Shown here one piece after another: positions 57,942 to 64,000 of a stretch of 64,000 nt of DNA. Position 1 is the first letter of the stretch. Each line of letters opens with the position of its first letter. Origin of the DNA: Selaginella moellendorffii (taxonomy: Eukaryota > Plantae > Lycopodiophyta); the NCBI RefSeq assembly GCF_000143415.4, contig NW_003314266.1, positions 1,572,463 to 1,636,462 of the forward strand, given 5' to 3'. The notes beneath the pieces are model-generated. The model was not told the origin of the DNA. It did not search any database and saw nothing but the letters and a program-made list of their open reading frames with translations. A program made the translations under genes and the position numbers.

Positions 57942-59426
57942 TTTTACTGAAGGTGTGTCTCTATGGTAAGTGTGGCGGCCGTACGTCTGCCCTATTTGTG
58001 GGCCGGTTAAAAAGGCCATGGCCAACGGCACGTGTGAGACAGCTTGCCAATTCTCCGCCGTACGTACCGACCCGTCGCGAATTTCGGCCCGTCGCTGTCA
58101 CGTACGGCCGCCGGCGGCCTAACGAACTCGCCAAGCGCCCTAAAAGGCGAGAGTATATTCCATGCCTTGGTATCTTTCACATGCCGCTTTCGAATATTCC
58201 CATCTCGGGTGTCCGATGTGGAGTCCGAGGTGGAGCCCGAGCTCTCGGGAAACGCGAATTTTTGTTTCGAGTCACGGTCTGTGAGTGTCAGGTTGACCCC
58301 ATTCAAAGAAAAAAGAAAAGCTCCCTCGACTGGACGCATGGGAACGCTGCCAAGCTCCTGCCACGGAACACTAACTCTCATGGCTCTTCCTTTCATCTCG
58401 GCTTCCAAAATCCTTGGGCTTAGCGATCACTTTTTTCTACTGCTGCTGCTGCTGTCGTCGCTGGTCGAGCGACGGGAATTTGCGCTGTTACATGAGTTGC
58501 GACGAGTGAGAGAGTTTCAATGCAAAACCCGTGATGAAGTTAAGTGGTTTATCAAATCGAAGTGTTAGAATCCAGAACCTGGGGTATGTAGTGTAGCTGC
58601 CAGAGAGAGCCAAAGGTCTATCATAGAGGCGAGAGGAGCTTGGGTGGCACTGCACACATAATTCTTGCCCGCATTCTGCGAGAACACGTCAAGAGCAGCA
58701 AAAAGTGAGGCCAAGTGAAGCGAACATTCCTTCCTAACACCCACCAAAAAAATAGACTTTTGGTACTCGCATCGCCCGACGTACTGTCGACCGTGCACTG
58801 CGAAGGTTGCTCCTCGAACAGGTTGTTTCCCTGTTCGTCGACAACGAAAGAAGACGGCTTTTATGGGTGTTAGCAGCAGTAGAGTAGTACTTGGAAACCT
58901 GTTCTTTCTGACTCCTGGAAGAGCTTTGCTTTGCTTGTTTCCTTCCTTTCTGTAGCATAGATCTTAAAACAAAGCTATCGTCTTAACAAAGCTAGGAGCT
59001 CACCTTTTACCGTTCCGTCCTTTCCATGTATGCACCCTGTTTCTACGTAGCAGTAGCTTTATCTCCTCGAGAAACGATGTCCTGGTTAAGCTGTTGTTAT
59101 CAGAAGATGCAGGAGCTAACAAAGCTTGCATAGCATACCTCGATAGATATTAGAACGGAATTAACAACGGATTCTTCTAGTTGGGACCTGTGTATGAAAG
59201 CAGTCCAAGTTAACCGAACATTCCCTTCTCGCAGCTCCTCTCACGCACATTACTGACTGATCTGATATTTCTTGGCTTTGAAGTTGTAAATCCTCTGGTA
59301 GTAGTCTATTCAGGCGCATTCACTGGTGGTTCCTGGCACTGCTATAATTGTTGCGAGGATTTCGTAACCATGAGAACGGGCCTCGGGTGCTCTCGCTATA
59401 CAATTGCCTCTATTATTGTTAAGTTC

Positions 59427-62400
59427 TCATCTGTATGTAAGGAAGGACGCCAACCCACGCCGGAGTTCAGCTAGACATTGAAACAACCTTTCCAGCTGAA
59501 ACTCCGAGGGAAGCTCTACTAGACTGTGTAGCTGCAAGAAAAAAAAGTCTCAATGAGAAACTGTAACGCCGCCATTTCAGAACAAACCTCCAATCTCCCA
59601 TTGGAAAAGCTAAGCGAGGACTTTAAAGGTGGGGAGGCCATGGAACAATGTAGGACTTGAAATGCGTCGGCGTTCATGTTCGTGAGCATTGTTATTTGTT
59701 TCCCTCTCGTTTGAATGTGATGAATTCCCAAATCTGCTGCCATTCTCTTCGCATAAATGGTCTTTAGAAGAGCCTGGTCACAAAACACATTATTTGTAAG
59801 CTTTACAACATAATTACGTACCTCTAGAGGTGGTGGTTCCTTTCCTCTTTCACTGCGCAGTTTCTCCGTAAAACGAACAAGATCTTTGATACCTTTTTTC
59901 GCCGCTTCCTCAGCTGAATCAGTGACTGCTTCCCACTGCATGCTACTCAAGCTACAGACTTGACAGTTCGACTCCATTGCAAGCTGCATGCCATTGGTCA
60001 GGTCACATAGAAATCCACATGTGTCGTTTTACCTGCACATCTTCGTACTCTAGTTGAGGAAGACTATGGTATTGCGCCTAAACGGCAAAGATAGTCAGGA
60101 AAAGCTGTGAGAATTAACAGAATTTACCTTCGATATTGCTTCAAAAAGCATTTCTGCGTACAAGTCGACTCCAACTTTGCTGAATTCCCCGCTCTGTTTC
60201 TCGCCAAAAATGCTTCCAATACCTCTAATGGCCATGTCTCTTTCAGCAAGCTGGAAACCTTGGCCTAGTGCACAACAGTCCTCGAGTGCACTCAATCTTT
60301 CCTGGAACGAAAAGTTTCTATATAGAAAGAAAAATTAAGAGACTTTCGTACCAGTGCATCGGAACTAAGAAAATCCTTGGGTGGATGCAGCATATAGGCA
60401 TGCGCTACCTTGTCTGCTCTCCCAACCCGTCCGCGAAGCTGATATATCTGTGCAAGTCCGAACATCTGTACATTCTCCACGATAATTGTATTTACAGTTG
60501 GAATGTCCAGCCCACTTTCAATAATGTTGGTGCATAAGAGTATGCTCGTCCCCTTTTCAGTAAACTTGGTCATTGTTGCCTCCAGCTCAGTTGCACATTT
60601 CTGAAGTCGAAATCATATACTTACGTTGAGATGCTCAAAACTTAATCACGGTACCTTGCCATGCGCAATGGATACTTGTACTCCAGGAACCAGCAATTTG
60701 AGTTTCTTTTCGGTGGACTCCATATCTGTAGAAAGGGTCTTAGTGTCATCATCAGTGACCAGCTAATAGAGAATGATCACTACTACCTTGAATCCTGGGT
60801 ACAACATAGAAGACTTGGCCTCGTCGATCCAGTTCAGCCTTGATGGCATCTTTCACCATGTCCTGAGAGTAGACGCATACATGTGTCTTTATGGGCCGCC
60901 TTTCCGGTGGTGGTGTTGTCATCAAGCTGAATAGGGATAACTTCAAGCACATAAGTATAACACTCTTACGTGCAAAAGGAAAACTACCTTGCATCTCGAA
61001 AGCCACTTAATGCCATGTGTAGTGTCCTAGGAATCGGCGTCGCGGACAGAGTCAATATGTCTACTGTCGTCTTCAGCGTTGAAATCTTCTCTTTTTGAGC
61101 AACACCAAATCTCTGGAAAGAAAAAACGAAAAGGTATGCGTAAAAATGCAAAGGCAGGAATGAATGTACCTGTTCCTCATCGACAACCAAAAGTCCAACG
61201 TTTTCGTACTGTATATTGTTGCCAAGAAGAGAGTGAGTTCCAACAGCAATGTTTACAACCCCATCGTTGATTCCCGCAATAACCGCTCTCCTATCTACGT
61301 TGTTCTGCCATTAAAAAAATTCAAATAAGCATGGAACCTTATAAAATAGTTGTGCCATACCTGAAATCGGCTGAGAAGAGCCACTTTAATGTCTGGAAAA
61401 TTTGCAAAACGCTCCTTAATGCTCTCATGGTGCTGCTTAGCAAGTACGGTCGTCGGAGCCAAAACCATGACTTGCTTCTTTGCGGAGACTGCGTAGAATA
61501 TTGCACGCATAGCAACTTCAGTCTTTCCAAAACCAACATCCCCACAAATAAGCCTGTCCATTGGCGTTTCCGCGTCGGTCAAGTCTCGCTCAACATCTAA
61601 AAATGCCTGAGAAGCAAAACCACTCAGCATTTTTTCAAGCTCGCAAAAAAAACTCTTACCTTGATCTGATCCGGTGTTGGCGTGTACGGGAATTTCCCAG
61701 CGAACTTGCTCATCGCAGGAACGTCCTTCGAATACACGGGTCTCTTCTGCTTCAAACGACGGATATAAACATCGATCATCTTCACGACCCGCCTCTGAGC
61801 GTCCAAGCTTCCTTCAGTCCTTCGTTTCTCCCACTGGCTTCGATCATTTAGCTTGCTGAGAGCTGGATATCTTTTCACCGATTCACCAGGCCTACAAAAC
61901 ACGAGGAAAAACTATCTTAAATCCAGAAAACGAAGAAAAAAGAACTATACCTGAAGTATCTGTAGAGAAGTCGCCGAGCTTGCTTCGCGGGAAGCTTAGC
62001 CATACCATCAGCATATCGAAGATAGACGTACTTTTGTGGCGATTTTCCACCCTCTGGAACTTCCTCCTTGAGGCTCACAAACTGGCCAATTCCAACCTTC
62101 TTGTGAACTATATACTCCCCGGATATGAGCTTCTCTGGATCAACGTTATAGCTCATTCCCAGCTTCGCAAACTTCTCCCGGAGAGCCAGCATTCCCTTCT
62201 TGGGCTTCTCGTTGAGAATCTCATTCAGCCTCTTCATATCGCTCTTCTCCAGCGGGCTGTGCATCGCCGGCTCCTGCTCCAGATGCTTGTGAAGCTGCGT
62301 TAGCGAATCGATGCAATCGCCTCCCTCGGACGAGAAATCCCCGCTCAGCTCCACAAAGCTCTTCCTGCTGCCGTGATCGCTCCACGCCGGCGTGTATTTC

Positions 62401-62591
62401 CTCGCCGCGTTCTGATCGGCCAGGTAGTCGAGCTGGATTGCTTCCTTGGTGTGGACTCTGGCAAGAACCGGGAAGAATGCCTGCTGGAATCCGGCGCTTA
62501 CCTTGGAATTCCATGGCGCCGATGCCGCAATGCCGCCGCTCGCCTCGAATGGAACGCTCCAGCATTGGACCGAGACGATCGAGACGGCCAT
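59427..62591 (-). CDS. Plastid Mfd/TRCF-like DExH helicase (CarD-TRCF + helicase), multi-exon
   Basis: [74 protein letters not shown]; transit-peptide-like N-terminus. Confidence 0.92.
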
Positions 62592-62741
62592 GGCCGCGCT
62601 CCAGGGCTTAAAACCCCACGGCCAAATCAGCAAACGAAAGCCATTCCATCCAGATATTTTTTAACCAGCCACAACGGTTAACAAGTTAATACACGAGGGG
62701 ACAAGCTAATTCACTCTAATAAATCACTTCTTACATGCTAA

Positions 62742-64000
62742 TTAATCACTTCTTTTCTTCTTCACTTCTAATGGTATCTCCTCCACTGCTTTGTATGGGC
62801 TGGATTCGTCAAGAACTTGGATCACGAGTTTTACCTGGAACATCCAGTTTAGAGGCGTGAAAAAAAAATTATCGATCTCTTCGAAGTTCGTACCTGAGCT
62901 GTTTCACGAATGAGAAAATCTGCGATGGCTGCTCGAAAGTCTGGATCGGGAATGTAGTGTGCACTGTAAGTCGCGGTTGGAACGTAGCCGCGCTGGAGTT
63001 TATGCTCTCCTTGAGCTCCAGCTTCAACTTTTTCCAGCTTCCATTCTATTGCGGCCTCTATCGCCTGTGAAGGAGAGTTTCCAAATCCTGCTCATGAGAA
63101 AGAGAACTGGATCAAGTACCTGGTAGTAGCAGGCTTCGAAATGAAGCATCGGATAGAAAACATTGGGAAGGCTGCCCCAGTTACGGCCGTAGAGTGTGTC
63201 GTCGCCAATGAGATTGAGAGCTCCCGCCACAAGCGTTTCGCCATCCTCAGCAGTTACGAGCAGCACCTTGTCACCAAGTCGAGAACCCAGTAAATGAAAG
63301 AACTCCCTCGTCAAGTATGCCTGACCCCATCTGCGATGCAATCGAGAAAGTCAGCAAACTGGAACCGAAACAGACTTCTAATACTTACTTATTATCTGTC
63401 GTGTTGCGATAGAAATTAAAAAACGCATCCCAATGGTGTGCCTGGAAATACACGTGAACTCAACGTCGTAAGTCAGGGATGAAGATACCTTGATGTCATC
63501 TCCTCGGAGGCGTTTAAGCTTCAATTTTTGGTCTTGGATCTGAATGAACGCAAGCATCCAAAGTTGTTCAAGCAAAAAAAGAAAAAAAAGAAAAAAAACT
63601 ATGCACGCTTGGAAAGCTCTTACCTTCTTGCGCTCTTGACGAATACGCTTTCGTTTGGTATGCCTCAAAGTCGCTAAAAAGTCATCAAAGCTGCAAAAGA
63701 TAGATACACATCAATCACCAAGCACGCGAAATAAAATACCTTTTATAGCCGGCATTGAACCAGTGATACTGTACACCCATCCTCTGCAAGAAGTTGTGCT
63801 TGCCCATCTCTTTCCACTCATCTTCAGTTGCAAAAGTAACGTGAACAGATGACGCTTGAGACTGCAACTCAAACAATCCCCTGATTAGCAACGCAGCAAA
63901 AACACACCGAGAGTAACAGTTTACTTCGACAACACAGCCAGAAATGTGGTACTCGGATTCTCATACTTGATGTGCGAGCTCCCGCAGCGCCTTGCAAATG
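62742..64000 (-). CDS. DUF482 / FemAB-like GNAT protein (3' part; 5' end beyond window)
   Basis: WGQAYLTREFF, AGALNLIG..LYGRNWG, LHFEACYYQAIE, EAGAQGEHKLQRGY. Confidence 0.88.

Overview
Eukaryotic, very gene-dense plant nuclear DNA with short (mostly ~50-130 nt) GT-AG introns and tiny intergenic gaps. This pattern, plus genes typical of flagellate-sperm plants, points to a lycophyte, most likely Selaginella (inference). About 22 protein genes can be read: PR-1, GH3, a minimal uL23-like ORF, OEP7-like, SG1-like TPR, CacyBP/SIP, DNL Zn-finger, Dabb, GDSL lipase, SPAG1-like, SMPD4/PNET1-like, vasohibin, NT5DC nucleotidase, KdtA, PORR, GME, ELP2, DRM, nitrobindin, EEF1AKMT1-like, SAP F-box, Mfd-like helicase and DUF482 GNAT. 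There are five intact tRNA genes (2 Phe-GAA, 3 Val-AAC). The window also holds deletion-riddled duplicate fragments (a tandem duplicate at 2.4-8.9 kb; an inverted duplicate at 8.4-15.7 kb vs 18.6-22.5 kb with reciprocal gene loss), TE relics and one 100-N gap. Most interesting: (1) a pair of non-canonical nuclear tRNA-Phe(GAA) genes whose body resembles cytosolic tRNA-Asn but carries bacterial/organellar-type Phe features (U20, A37), with a compensatory stem change between copies; these are candidate organelle-import tRNAs; (2) an ~11 kb neighbourhood with a SPAG1-like dynein-assembly factor, an intact vasohibin tubulin detyrosinase and an unannotated spliced 60-aa Arg-rich protamine-like ORF; (3) relics of a class I RNA 3'-phosphate cyclase (RtcA); (4) a same-strand overlap of the KdtA and PORR reading frames. 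All homology calls come from motif recognition by eye; no searches were run.
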